Sequence record: NZ_CP154590.1
Length of the DNA: 64,000 nucleotides
Reading direction: 5' to 3' (one strand)
DNA from: a plasmid
Part shown: one piece after another, positions 21,873 through 31,389 of the stretch
Layout: the number at the start of each line of letters is the position of its first letter
Numbering within the stretch: the stretch's first letter is position 1
The notes under the pieces: generated by a model
The model's database searches: none
What the model was told of the DNA's origin: nothing
The model's input: the letters and a program-made list of their open reading frames with translations, nothing else
Translations under genes and position numbers: made by a program

Positions 21873-23096
21873 CAGTGTTCACCTTCTGTATGGGTTGGGG
21901 CGGAGGCTGTGGCTGCCGCCGCCATTGTAGCAAATTGAAGACGGAGCGAGAGTAGAGCCACGAGCCCCGCAAACACGGCCGATACAACGAGGCCAGGGAG
22001 CGGACCAGCAAGGTCGACAAACGCGCCGGCCGCAAGCATAACCATGGGCGAGGCTGACAGCATCACCGCCGAGACCGTGCCGAGTACCCGGCCGAGAAGT
22101 TCTGGCGGCGTGCGGTTGTAGATGGCAGCGTTGAGAATGGGAGAGACTGAGCCGGTCAGCAGTCCCACGAGCGCGCCCAACAACATCAGCACCGGCACGC
22201 CTGGCAACTGTGAAAGCAGAAGCGAGCCCACCGCAGAGCCACAAAATGCCACCGCCAGCCAGTTCTGCGCTGATATCCGGGCGCCGACCGACGCATGAAT
22301 GGCAATGCCAAGGAGACCACCAGCCCCCATCATTGAGGAGAACAGCCCGAGCTCTGCTACTTGGCGTCCTGCATCTACAAACAGCGCAGGCATGATGACG
22401 CTGCCGTTGGCGCCAACGATGCCCACGAAGATCATCACTATACCAAAGAGAGGGCGCAGCAGGGGTTCGCTCCAGAGAAAAGCGACGCCGGCGCGCATGG
22501 AGAGAGTCGCCGTCGTGGTCATCGTCCGAGCGGCACGCGCGGGAAGCACCCACGCGCCGAGCAGACCTGCAAGGACGGAGCAGAACGCCGTCAGCCCGAG
22601 CGTTGGCGCAGCGCCAAGCAGGCCGATTGCGGCCCCCCCAAGGGCCGGGCCACCTAGAATCGCGACGTTCCCGATCACCGCTTTCAGTGACGAGACGCGC
22701 TCAACGGAGAGCCCGGCGACGTGGCCGAGTTTGGGCAGCTCACTGTCCTGCGCGGCCATACCGGGTGCGTCGAACGCGGCACCGAGCACCACGCAAGCGA
22801 TCAGCCCAGTGTTCGAGAGGGCGCCAACGGCATCGAGCAGTGGGATGCTCGCCATGGCCACGCCGCCCACCACACCCGAGATCAATGCGACGGGCGCGCG
22901 CCCGAACCGATCGACGAGGCCACCACCAACCCACGCGCCGATGATGGTCGCGATGACGCTGCTAGCGGCCGTGGCGCCCGCCCAGGCCGCGCTCTTTGTA
23001 TGAGACAGGACGAACCATGGAAGCGCGAGGGCCGCCACCGCGTTGCCGATCCGGAAGAGAAAGGTCGCCGCGAACAGCGTCGCGAGCGGGCTATAT
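21872..23096 (-). pseudogene. mrx: MFS transporter Mrx of the mph(A) operon with its 5' end replaced by the IS26 end. mph(A) itself is absent.
   Basis: A 12-TM MFS-like ORF whose first ~16 codons are encoded by the IS26 inverted repeat. No mph(A)-like ORF between mrx and IS26. Confidence 0.75.
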
Positions 23097-23916
23097 GGCA
23101 CTGTTGCAAAGTTAGCGATGAGGCAGCCTTTTGTCTTATTCAAAGGCCTTACATTTCAAAAACTCTGCTTACCAGGCGCATTTCGCCCAGGGGATCACCA
23201 TAATAAAATGCTGAGGCCTGGCCTTTGCGTAGTGCACGCATCACCTCAATACCTTTGATGGTGGCGTAAGCCGTCTTCATGGATTTAAATCCCAGCGTGG
23301 CGCCGATTATCCGTTTCAGTTTGCCATGATCGCATTCAATCACGTTGTTCCGGTACTTAATCTGTCGGTGTTCAACGTCAGACGGGCACCGGCCTTCGCG
23401 TTTGAGCAGAGCAAGCGCGCGACCATAGGCGGGCGCTTTATCCGTGTTGATGAATCGCGGGATCTGCCACTTCTTCACGTTGTTGAGGATTTTACCCAGA
23501 AACCGGTATGCAGCTTTGCTGTTACGACGGGAGGAGAGATAAAAATCGACAGTGCGGCCCCGGCTGTCGACGGCCCGGTACAGATACGCCCAGCGGCCAT
23601 TGACCTTCACGTAGGTTTCATCCATGTGCCACGGGCAAAGATCGGAAGGGTTACGCCAGTACCAGCGCAGCCGTTTTTCCATTTCAGGCGCATAACGCTG
23701 AACCCAGCGGTAAATCGTGGAGTGATCGACATTCACTCCGCGTTCAGCCAGCATCTCCTGCAGCTCACGGTAACTGATGCCGTATTTGCAGTACCAGCGT
23801 ACGGCCCACAGAATGATGTCACGCTGAAAATGCCGGCCTTTGAATGGGTTCATGTGCAGCTCCATCAGCAAAAGGGGATGATAAGTTTATCACCACCGAC
23901 TATTTGCAACAGTGCC
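23097..23916 (-). mobile_element. IS26: IS26 (copy 2).
   Basis: Exact inverted repeats 820 bp apart. Same orientation as copies 1 and 3. Confidence 0.95.
23149..23853 (-). CDS. tnp26: Tnp26.
   Basis: Identical to copy 1. Confidence 0.95.
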   Translation of the reverse strand: MNPFKGRHFQRDIILWAVRWYCKYGISYRELQEMLAERGVNVDHSTIYRWVQRYAPEMEKRLRWYWRNPSDLCPWHMDETYVKVNGRWAYLYRAVDSRGRTVDFYLSSRRNSKAAYRFLGKILNNVKKWQIPRFINTDKAPAYGRALALLKREGRCPSDVEHRQIKYRNNVIECDHGKLKRIIGATLGFKSMKTAYATIKGIEVMRALRKGQASAFYYGDPLGEMRLVSRVFEM

Positions 23917-24238
23917 GTAATTATTTAGGATATAGCTCTGTGATTTAGTCTTTTTAGGGCGTTTATTTATGTCTTTATGCTGTAATGTCGGTGCTGATTT
24001 GGTCTTCAATAAGGCGATTTTTAGCCCGCTTTTTCCGGGGGGATGAAATGTTATTGGATTGCTAAATGATTTCAAAAAAGGGGTAACATAGAGCGGGGAT
24101 TAGTGTGGCGAGGCGCAGGTTTCCGATGGCAGGCTAAACGCAAAAAATGCGCTTTTTAGCCGGTGATGAGGTGAGGCCGGGAGGGGATGCGTCGCCGATC
24201 ACAGTTTACAACAGGGTTTGATAACGGGAGGAAAAGTC

Positions 24239-24655
24239 ATGCTGCAGGGATTGAATCATCTGACGCTGGCGGTCAGCGATCTGGCGTCAAGCCTGGCATT
24301 TTATCAGCAGTTACCTGGAATGCGCCTGCACGCCAGCTGGGATAGCGGAGCCTATCTCTCCTGTGGGGCGCTGTGGCTGTGCTTGTCGCTGGATGAGCAG
24401 CGGCGTAAAACGCCCCCTCAGGAAAGCGACTATACCCACTACGCCTTCAGCGTGGCGGAAGAAGAGTTTGCCGGGGTGGTGGCTCTGCTGGCGCAGGCGG
24501 GGGCTGAGGTATGGAAAGATAACCGCAGTGAAGGGGCGTCTTACTATTTTCTCGACCCTGACGGCCATAAGCTGGAGCTGCATGTGGGGAATCTGGCGCA
24601 GCGGCTGGCCGCCTGTCGCGAACGCCCCTACAAGGGGATGGTCTTTTTTGATTGA
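24239..24655 (+). CDS. fosA3: Fosfomycin glutathione S-transferase FosA family, FosA3-like (138 aa, [25 protein letters not shown]...).
   Basis: VOC/glyoxalase fold with the FosA motif. Flanked by IS26 with a 322 bp upstream spacer and a 1758 bp downstream spacer, as I recall for published IS26-fosA3 modules. Confidence 0.78.
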   Translation: MLQGLNHLTLAVSDLASSLAFYQQLPGMRLHASWDSGAYLSCGALWLCLSLDEQRRKTPPQESDYTHYAFSVAEEEFAGVVALLAQAGAEVWKDNRSEGASYYFLDPDGHKLELHVGNLAQRLAACRERPYKGMVFFD

Positions 24656-24659
24656 CGGG

Positions 24660-25178
24660 TTAGTTCAGCTTACTGCCGGATTTCAACGTGCAGATCCACA
24701 GCGGTGAATTGATAGAGCTGAGCAAGATAGCCTTTTCGTTGAGCTTCTGAGCGTTGAGAAACAGCCCGTCGTGGCTGTCGGACATCTCGCGCATAAAGTA
24801 GTCGAAAATCACGTTCGGCGATTCATCAATCGAGGAGGCGCTCGATTCCCACTGATTGATGCGGTAATGACGCTCGGTGGCCGAGATGCGTTTGCTGCTG
24901 TAGGTAAACTTCACGTAGCGTTGCAGGTAGAGCCAGCCGGCGGCGGAGTCGGTGTAACCTTCGACCACCATCGAGCCTTTACCCTGCGCGCCAAAATTGA
25001 AGTGAATATTGCCGTTAACGTTCTCTTTGTCCATGTTCTCAAAGCGCATGATGCCCTTAGTGGAACAGCTCATGACACCCGCGTTGTCGGCAGGCAGCAG
25101 CCGCCAGGCGCTAAACGCGGCGGCGGCAATAAATACCAGAACGCAGAGGGCAAAGAACGGACGCGGCGCGAGTCTCAT
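24660..25178 (-). CDS. Hypothetical exported protein (orf1 of the fosA3 module).
   Basis: 172 aa with an N-terminal signal/TM segment. Co-mobilised chromosomal fragment. Confidence 0.5.
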   Translation of the reverse strand: MRLAPRPFFALCVLVFIAAAAFSAWRLLPADNAGVMSCSTKGIMRFENMDKENVNGNIHFNFGAQGKGSMVVEGYTDSAAGWLYLQRYVKFTYSSKRISATERHYRINQWESSASSIDESPNVIFDYFMREMSDSHDGLFLNAQKLNEKAILLSSINSPLWICTLKSGSKLN

Positions 25179-25966
25179 TACGGCTTCCAGGAGTAGTAAA
25201 AGTAGTTATCGCAATAGCTGAACGGGTTATCTTCATGCATGGCGCAGTGGGCAAGGAACACGCGCCCCAGCCCGTTGGTTTCGAGCCGATCGCCGTAGAA
25301 GAAAAGAAAACGTTCACCGGGTTTACAGGCAATATTCAGCCGCTGGCGTACCTCATCGAAGTTTTTGCCGTAGGACTCTTCACTGACCGAACGTCGCATT
25401 TCATCGCTGGCCAGCAGTTCGCACTGGCTATGGCTGAGGCGGGTCAGCGCGATAGGCTGGGATTCACTGATGCCGACCAGACTGAAGGCAACCAGAAGCA
25501 GGGCAATGGTGAGCAAGCAGGCTCCGGCCATGTACCAGCACATCCCGCGAGCATGTGCGGAGCGCGGTGCGTCTGGCGTTGTCGTAACGGGCGGCGGTTC
25601 GGCAGGCGTCTGTTGTGGTGAAACCGGCGGCGCGTCGTCCAGCGCTTCGATAATGACCTCGGGATTAAGCTGCAAATAGCCGCGCGAGACGGTGACGATG
25701 ATGTTATCGACGCCGTAATGGCGAAAGGTCTTCCGCAGCATGCTGAGATACTGATTCAGATTGCTGTTGGATGAGGTTAATCCATTGTCATCCCAGACTT
25801 TTTTCAGAACATCTTCCCGGCTGACAATCTCGGTATGGCGCAGAAAATAGTTAAACAGGGCGCTGGCGGTGAGGGATAGCTGGCTGTCCGGTTCATCGCT
25901 TTGCGGCAGCGTCAGGGTTCCGTCGGTGGCGTCGTAGATAAAACGGGCATTGATGTTGTAGCGCAT
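25178..25966 (-). CDS. CadC/ToxR-like membrane-anchored winged-helix transcriptional regulator (orf2 of the fosA3 module).
   Basis: N-terminal OmpR/PhoB-type wHTH (...LNQYLSMLRKTFRHYGVDNIIVTVSRGYLQ), a Pro-rich linker, then one TM segment. Confidence 0.55.
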   Translation of the reverse strand: MRYNINARFIYDATDGTLTLPQSDEPDSQLSLTASALFNYFLRHTEIVSREDVLKKVWDDNGLTSSNSNLNQYLSMLRKTFRHYGVDNIIVTVSRGYLQLNPEVIIEALDDAPPVSPQQTPAEPPPVTTTPDAPRSAHARGMCWYMAGACLLTIALLLVAFSLVGISESQPIALTRLSHSQCELLASDEMRRSVSEESYGKNFDEVRQRLNIACKPGERFLFFYGDRLETNGLGRVFLAHCAMHEDNPFSYCDNYFYYSWKP

Positions 25967-25985
25967 CGCGGCCTCAGTCTGTGCT

Positions 25986-26413
25986 TCACGCGGGAAGCGT
26001 CATTTTATTCAGGGAGTCAACCAGCGCGCGACGGTGGTCGGCGCTCATGGTGATCCCTTCCGTCAACTCCGAAAGCCAGATGCCGTCAGCGGCGTAGCGC
26101 ACCAGCGTGCCGGTTGGGCTGTTATCCAGCTCATCGCCCTGCGCCAGTTTCTCCAGCATCCAGTCGCGCCAGCATTTGCGCAGCACCGGTTCATCGGGCA
26201 TTGCCAGCGACAAAACCATAAGCTGGCGGCTTTCATGGGTGTCCGTGAGATCCGCCAGATAGTTCAGATAGGCGCGGGTAAACCGGCCATAGCTCACGCC
26301 ATCCTGTTGCATCAGCGCGGTAATCGCTTCTTCCATGATTGCCAGCAGACGCGCGAACAGGGCGAATATTAGCGCCTGCTTGTTCGGGAAATGGTGGATA
26401 AGGCCGCCTTTAC
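25986..26413 (-). pseudogene. TetR-family regulator fragment (orf3 truncated). Its N-terminus is replaced by the IS26 end.
   Basis: The ORF starts inside the IS26 inverted repeat. TetR_C-like remainder. Confidence 0.5.
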
Positions 26414-27233
26414 GGCACTGTTGCAAAGTTAGCGATGAGGCAGCCTTTTGTCTTATTCAAAGGCCTTACATTTCAAAAACTCTGCTTACCAGGCGCATTT
26501 CGCCCAGGGGATCACCATAATAAAATGCTGAGGCCTGGCCTTTGCGTAGTGCACGCATCACCTCAATACCTTTGATGGTGGCGTAAGCCGTCTTCATGGA
26601 TTTAAATCCCAGCGTGGCGCCGATTATCCGTTTCAGTTTGCCATGATCGCATTCAATCACGTTGTTCCGGTACTTAATCTGTCGGTGTTCAACGTCAGAC
26701 GGGCACCGGCCTTCGCGTTTGAGCAGAGCAAGCGCGCGACCATAGGCGGGCGCTTTATCCGTGTTGATGAATCGCGGGATCTGCCACTTCTTCACGTTGT
26801 TGAGGATTTTACCCAGAAACCGGTATGCAGCTTTGCTGTTACGACGGGAGGAGAGATAAAAATCGACAGTGCGGCCCCGGCTGTCGACGGCCCGGTACAG
26901 ATACGCCCAGCGGCCATTGACCTTCACGTAGGTTTCATCCATGTGCCACGGGCAAAGATCGGAAGGGTTACGCCAGTACCAGCGCAGCCGTTTTTCCATT
27001 TCAGGCGCATAACGCTGAACCCAGCGGTAAATCGTGGAGTGATCGACATTCACTCCGCGTTCAGCCAGCATCTCCTGCAGCTCACGGTAACTGATGCCGT
27101 ATTTGCAGTACCAGCGTACGGCCCACAGAATGATGTCACGCTGAAAATGCCGGCCTTTGAATGGGTTCATGTGCAGCTCCATCAGCAAAAGGGGATGATA
27201 AGTTTATCACCACCGACTATTTGCAACAGTGCC
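26414..27233 (-). mobile_element. IS26: IS26 (copy 3).
   Basis: Exact inverted repeats 820 bp apart. Confidence 0.95.
26466..27170 (-). CDS. tnp26: Tnp26.
   Basis: Identical to copy 1. Confidence 0.95.
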   Translation of the reverse strand: MNPFKGRHFQRDIILWAVRWYCKYGISYRELQEMLAERGVNVDHSTIYRWVQRYAPEMEKRLRWYWRNPSDLCPWHMDETYVKVNGRWAYLYRAVDSRGRTVDFYLSSRRNSKAAYRFLGKILNNVKKWQIPRFINTDKAPAYGRALALLKREGRCPSDVEHRQIKYRNNVIECDHGKLKRIIGATLGFKSMKTAYATIKGIEVMRALRKGQASAFYYGDPLGEMRLVSRVFEM

Positions 27234-28750
27234 ACTTCGACGACTACCTGCTGCCGGCCGAGAAGTTCGCCGCACTCAAGCGCGAGCAGGCCCTGCCCCT
27301 GGCGATCAACCCGAACAGCGACCAGTACCTGGAAGAGCGTTTGCAGCTGCTGGACGAGCAGTTGGCCACCGTCACCCGCCTGGCCAAGGACAACGAGCTG
27401 CCCGATGCCATCCTCACCGAGTCAGGGCTGAAAATCACCCCGCTGGATGCGGCGGTGCCGGATCGGGCGCAGGCGCTGATCGACCAAACCAGCCAGTTAC
27501 TGCCGCGCATCAAGATCACCGAACTGCTGATGGACGTGGACGACTGGACGGGCTTCAGCCGCCACTTCACCCACTTGAAGGACGGGGCCGAGGCCAAAGA
27601 CAGGACGTTGCTGCTGTCCGCAATCCTCGGTGATGCGATCAACCTCGGGCTGACCAAGATGGCCGAGTCGAGCCCCGGCCTGACCTACGCCAAGCTGTCC
27701 TGGCTGCAAGCCTGGCACATCCGCGACGAAACCTATTCGGCGGCCTTGGCCGAGCTGGTCAACCACCAGTATCGCCACGCCTTTGCCGCCCACTGGGGCG
27801 ACGGCACGACCTCATCCTCCGATGGCCAGCGCTTCCGCGCGGGTGGCCGGGGCGAGAGCACCGGGCACGTCAACCCGAAGTACGGTAGCGAGCCGGGACG
27901 GCTGTTCTATACCCATATCTCCGACCAGTACGCGCCGTTCAGCACCCGCGTGGTGAATGTCGGCGTCCGCGATTCCACCTATGTGCTCGACGGCCTGCTG
28001 TACCACGAGTCCGACCTGCGGATCGAGGAGCACTACACCGACACGGCCGGCTTCACCGATCACGTCTTTGCCCTGATGCACCTGCTAGGCTTCCGCTTCG
28101 CGCCGCGCATCCGCGACCTCGGCGAAACCAAGCTGTACGTGCCGCAGGGCGTGCAAGCCTACCCGACGTTGCGCCCGCTGATCGGCGGCACCCTGAACAT
28201 CAAGCACGTGCGTGCCCACTGGGACGACATCCTGCGCCTGGCCAGCTCGATCAAGCAGGGCACCGTCACCGCCTCGCTGATGCTGCGCAAGCTCGGCAGC
28301 TACCCGCGCCAGAACGGACTGGCCGTGGCCCTGCGCGAGCTGGGCCGGATCGAGCGCACGCTGTTCATCCTGGACTGGCTGCAAAGTGTTGAACTGCGCC
28401 GCCGCGTGCATGCCGGCCTGAACAAAGGTGAGGCGCGCAACTCGCTGGCCAGGGCGGTGTTCTTCAACCGCCTTGGGGAAATCAGGGATCGGAGCTTCGA
28501 GCAGCAGCGCTACCGGGCCAGCGGCCTCAACCTGGTGACGGCGGCTATCGTGCTGTGGAACACGGTGTACCTGGAACGCGCCACCCAGGGGTTGGTCGAG
28601 GCCGGCAAGCCGGTGGACGGCGAGCTGCTGCAATTCCTGTCGCCGCTGGGCTGGGAGCACATCAACCTAACCGGCGATTACGTCTGGCGGCAGAGCCGCA
28701 GACTGGAAGACGGGAAGTTTCGGCCCTTACGGATGCCCGGAAAACCTTAG
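27234..28750 (+). pseudogene. tnpA: C-terminal ~505 codons of a Tn1721-like Tn3-family transposase (ends ...[12 protein letters not shown]). Roughly 450 codons are missing between this and the 5' fragment at 4359.
   Basis: Tn3-family DDE C-terminus. The stop codon lies inside the terminal inverted repeat. Confidence 0.85.
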
Positions 28751-28783
28751 CGTACGATTTTTTCCGAATTCTGCGGGCTCCCC
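28746..28783. repeat. IR: 38-bp terminal inverted repeat of Tn1721 (complement of GGGGAGCCCGCAGAATTCGGAAAAAATCGTACGCTAAG). Right boundary of the resistance island.
   Basis: Read directly as CTTAGCGTACGATTTTTTCCGAATTCTGCGGGCTCCCC. Confidence 0.8.
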
Positions 28784-29339
28784 ATTATGCCGCGTGGCGG
28801 CATAAAGGCGCCAACAGATGTTAAATATTACACTGAAAGTGAGTGGCGCCGTTGCCCGGCGTAGCCGGTTACAGTTCTGATAGGTTCCACCAATCCATCC
28901 CTTCCCCCTGTTAAGCCATAATCCGCAAACAGGCTGTACAGAAAGCTATGTGCGCCGTCGGAGTGGTCACGACAAGGCTTAGCCGCAGTCGGGGCGTATC
29001 TCCGCGTTAGCGGGCCGTTAGGACCGCTTACGGGCGTGTTATCCTGGACCTGTCGACAGTATAAATTAAAGCAGCTCAGAATCTAGTTACAACATCCATC
29101 ATTAAAAGCGATGTCTTCCGGCCCTTTGGGCCGGGTGGCGGCGCTTTTCAGTGGTGAGTTTGTGTGATGAGTTGAAGATTTGGAAGGTTAGTTACCAGAT
29201 GTTGGCAGTTTATAAAGTTTTGCACCCTGCCCGCCATTTTTGGCGGGAGCTACTTTAAGGCGCAAAGCGCCTGAACCGAACCGGCGCGGACAGCGTCCGC
29301 TGCAAGGGCGGGCGTTATACACATGTCCACAGGACAGGT

Positions 29340-29560
29340 GCTGAATAGGTTTTATTTTTAAAAGTAAGTAATAACTGAAGTTTAAAAGAAAGAAGATCGG
29401 GTGTTTAAAAGGATCATCGTAGTTTGTAAAGAAACCATTTAGTGGTTTGAACGATATCCTTCCAGTGGATTGAAGCAATAGCCTCTTGTAGTTTGTGTGG
29501 ATAAGTAGAAGAACAACGAAAAGCGGCGAAACATTGGGCGATCGGTCACAGAAATGTGTG
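29340..29560 (-). promoter_or_regulatory. ori: Candidate vegetative origin (oriR) downstream of repA: an AT-rich stretch plus a DnaA box TGTGGATAA at about 29498-29506.
   Basis: Position relative to repA matches IncFII-type oriR. The DnaA box is read directly. Confidence 0.4.
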
Positions 29561-29739
29561 ACCAACCAAGGTCGGATTTTGTTTAAGTTTATTCACCCCG
29601 AGGTCTACAGGACGAGTATGTCATTCAGAGACCTGAAACAGGGACTTGGACAGGTGAAAACTGCAATACAAGCTGTAAAGCAGGCAGGCGTAAACCGGCG
29701 CCAGGGCACCAGGTCATATAGATTGTGTATTAGCAGGCG

Positions 29740-30606
29740 TTAAGTTGTGACGAGCAAGGCATCACCGAGTCGAGCATAATGGCCACGCGAGAGCTTCATT
29801 CGCTCAGTGACACGACGTTCTATCTCGTCGCGCACCGAATCAAGAGTACCGAAGAAGCGGCCCTTACTGATTTCTTTCTGGAGCTGCAGACGAACCAGTT
29901 GCTCAATCTCTTTACGCGTTCGGGGAGCATCCTTACGCGCCCTGTGCCGTTTCATGCCGTGTTCATAACGTGACTTATGATACTGTCGGAAGCGTTCACG
30001 CACGAATGACCAGGCTGCACTGATAAGTTCATCTGCACCGGCGCGAGGTAGCCCTTTCTTCTCACGTTGCTTGTTCTCCCACTCGATACGGCTGCGACGG
30101 GCTGCAGCAACTGCTTCCTCAGACACTCCCAGTACCTGCCACATCAGCGGCGTGAAAGTTATGTCTGTGGGGATATTGCAGCCAATTTCTTTGTCGTATT
30201 CGGTGTTATAGGTAATGAGATTGAGCTGAGCGAGAAACTTCAGAGCCCCCGTCAGGCGGGTGATCGACAGACGTTTTTTTTCCGTGGCCAGCCCGCAGCG
30301 AATGCTCATGGTAGTAAGCGATGAACCAACGCGATTAGCCAGGGGATTAAAATAATGGCACATTGCCTGAACAGCTGCTTCCAGAGCCCGTATGCGCAAC
30401 ACTGGAGGGCGCTTTTTGCGCTCACCACGGGCGATCAGCATAGCAACCAGAGCCTGAAACTCTGCACGCTGAGTGAAGCCAACAGCTTTCTCGCGAATTT
30501 TTTCACAGAATGGCAGGGTTTTCTTTCCCTTTTCAGGAATGAACTCTGGATTCGGATTTTTTACCTGGCGGTAAAGTGTAGTAGCTTCAGAATTCTGCTT
30601 ACTCAC
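29740..30606 (-). CDS. repA: IncFII-family replication initiator RepA (RepA1-like, 288 aa, GTG start).
   Basis: ...YRQVKNPNP.F.P..G..TL.FCEK..EKAVGFT.R..F...PPVLR.RA..A.....C..Y.PLANRV..S.TT..I.CGLATE...LSITR..RAL.FL..L.LITY.TEYD...GC.IPTDITFT... closely parallels R100/R1 RepA1. Confidence 0.85.
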   Translation of the reverse strand: MSKQNSEATTLYRQVKNPNPEFIPEKGKKTLPFCEKIREKAVGFTQRAEFQALVAMLIARGERKKRPPVLRIRALEAAVQAMCHYFNPLANRVGSSLTTMSIRCGLATEKKRLSITRLTGALKFLAQLNLITYNTEYDKEIGCNIPTDITFTPLMWQVLGVSEEAVAAARRSRIEWENKQREKKGLPRAGADELISAAWSFVRERFRQYHKSRYEHGMKRHRARKDAPRTRKEIEQLVRLQLQKEISKGRFFGTLDSVRDEIERRVTERMKLSRGHYARLGDALLVTT

Positions 30607-30707
30607 TACTTCCTGCGCTTATGTTGCACAGAAGGAGTAAGCACGGAATCTCTTGTCTTTTTTCGCGCACGGGTTATACTCCCATACAGAAGCAACAACT
30701 TCTGCAT
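30606..30707 (-). CDS. Leader peptide (tap/repA6/RepY-like, 33 aa). Its stop overlaps the repA GTG start (TAGTG), indicating translational coupling.
   Basis: ATGCAGAAGTTGTTGCTTCTGTATGGG...AGGAAGTAG followed by GTGAGTAAGCAG. This arrangement is characteristic of antisense-RNA-controlled IncFII/IncB/IncI replicons. Confidence 0.6.
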   Translation of the reverse strand: MQKLLLLYGSITRARKKTRDSVLTPSVQHKRRK

Positions 30708-30776
30708 GATTTGTTAAGGACCCCGTTAATCTCGCGATGCCGCCAAGTATCTAAGATTATCGGGGTTTTTGCTTTT
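30687..30776 (+). ncRNA. copA: CopA/Inc-like antisense RNA countertranscribed to the repA leader. It has a terminal stem-loop with CGCCAA in the loop (target loop UUGGCG in the mRNA) and a U-tract.
   Basis: Promoter TTGTCT-16 bp-TATACT at 30653-30680. Stem CCCCGTTAATCT...AGATTATCGGGG followed by TTTTT at 30721-30770. The hexanucleotide loop is conserved in this replicon family. Confidence 0.55.
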
Positions 30777-30918
30777 CTGGGCTTAGTTAACTAACCTGCC
30801 AGAACCTGTCACCTTCTAAGGCGTGACAACCTAATAAATTCATTTATAACAATAAGTTCACCGACTTTATCACCACAACAATGCAGGATCAATTTTTAGG
30901 ATCTCTCCAGCACCAGGA

Positions 30919-31119
30919 TTAAGCTTCACTTCTGGAACGATGCGCTTCTGCGTCTCGTTTTAAGCTCTCGAAAAGCTCTAGTGGTACAAGATAAAACGCC
31001 GGCGCGCTACGATTCAGAATAGCAATAGCATCACCCTCTGCTGACTCGACAGTCCCTAACGGATCCCTTTTGAACTCCGTGATACCAGCGACTTTCGTGC
31101 AATGTATCGGATGTGCCAT
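30919..31119 (-). CDS. 66-aa protein with Phd/YefM-antitoxin-like sequence pattern, occupying the copB (repA2) position upstream of the repA leader.
   Basis: ...ITEFKRDPLGTVESAEGDAIAILNRSAPAFYLVPLELFESL... resembles the Phd/YefM beta-alpha-beta DNA-binding core. No toxin ORF follows. Confidence 0.45.
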   Translation of the reverse strand: MAHPIHCTKVAGITEFKRDPLGTVESAEGDAIAILNRSAPAFYLVPLELFESLKRDAEAHRSRSEA

Positions 31120-31389
31120 AACTCCTCCTGGTTTACAGATAGCACCTACGAATTATTGTATCGTAGCATACAATCAGACACTTAAAAGCATCATTAACTA
31201 ATATTATGATCGCTGATCAAACTCAGTTAAGTGTAGTTTTACATGATATAGTACATCCGCACACAGAATATACCTCTAAAATTCAAATAGATACGGCCAT
31301 TAGCGGATGATGTCTAAAATCAGTTCTTCAAAAAAAAATTCCAACTTGCTCCTCAGGTCTTAAACCTGATTTCCAACAGCAGGGAACCT

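Noticed and set aside
22299-23003. Several long plus-strand ORFs (234, 160 and 113 aa) overlapping mrx, rich in Arg/Ala/Pro.
   Set aside because: These are GC-rich antisense frames of the mrx gene with no start context or motifs.
28789-29270. Several GC-rich hairpins (GCCGCGTGGCGGC, CCGGCCCTTTGGGCCGG, GCGCAAAGCGC) after the transposon end.
   Set aside because: They are plausibly terminator or structural elements of the replicon's downstream region. No consistent repeat unit or coding signal was found, so they are not assigned.
29188-29565. 125-aa minus-strand ORF in the region between the Tn1721 inverted repeat and repA.
   Set aside because: The region is AT-rich with a DnaA box and hairpins, consistent with a non-coding origin region. 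The ORF has low-complexity composition.
30780-30918. Search for a toxin partner downstream of the Phd-like gene.
   Set aside because: Only a 17-codon mini-ORF is present (MNLLGCHALEGDRFWQVS). No toxin-sized frame exists, so no toxin-antitoxin pair is called.
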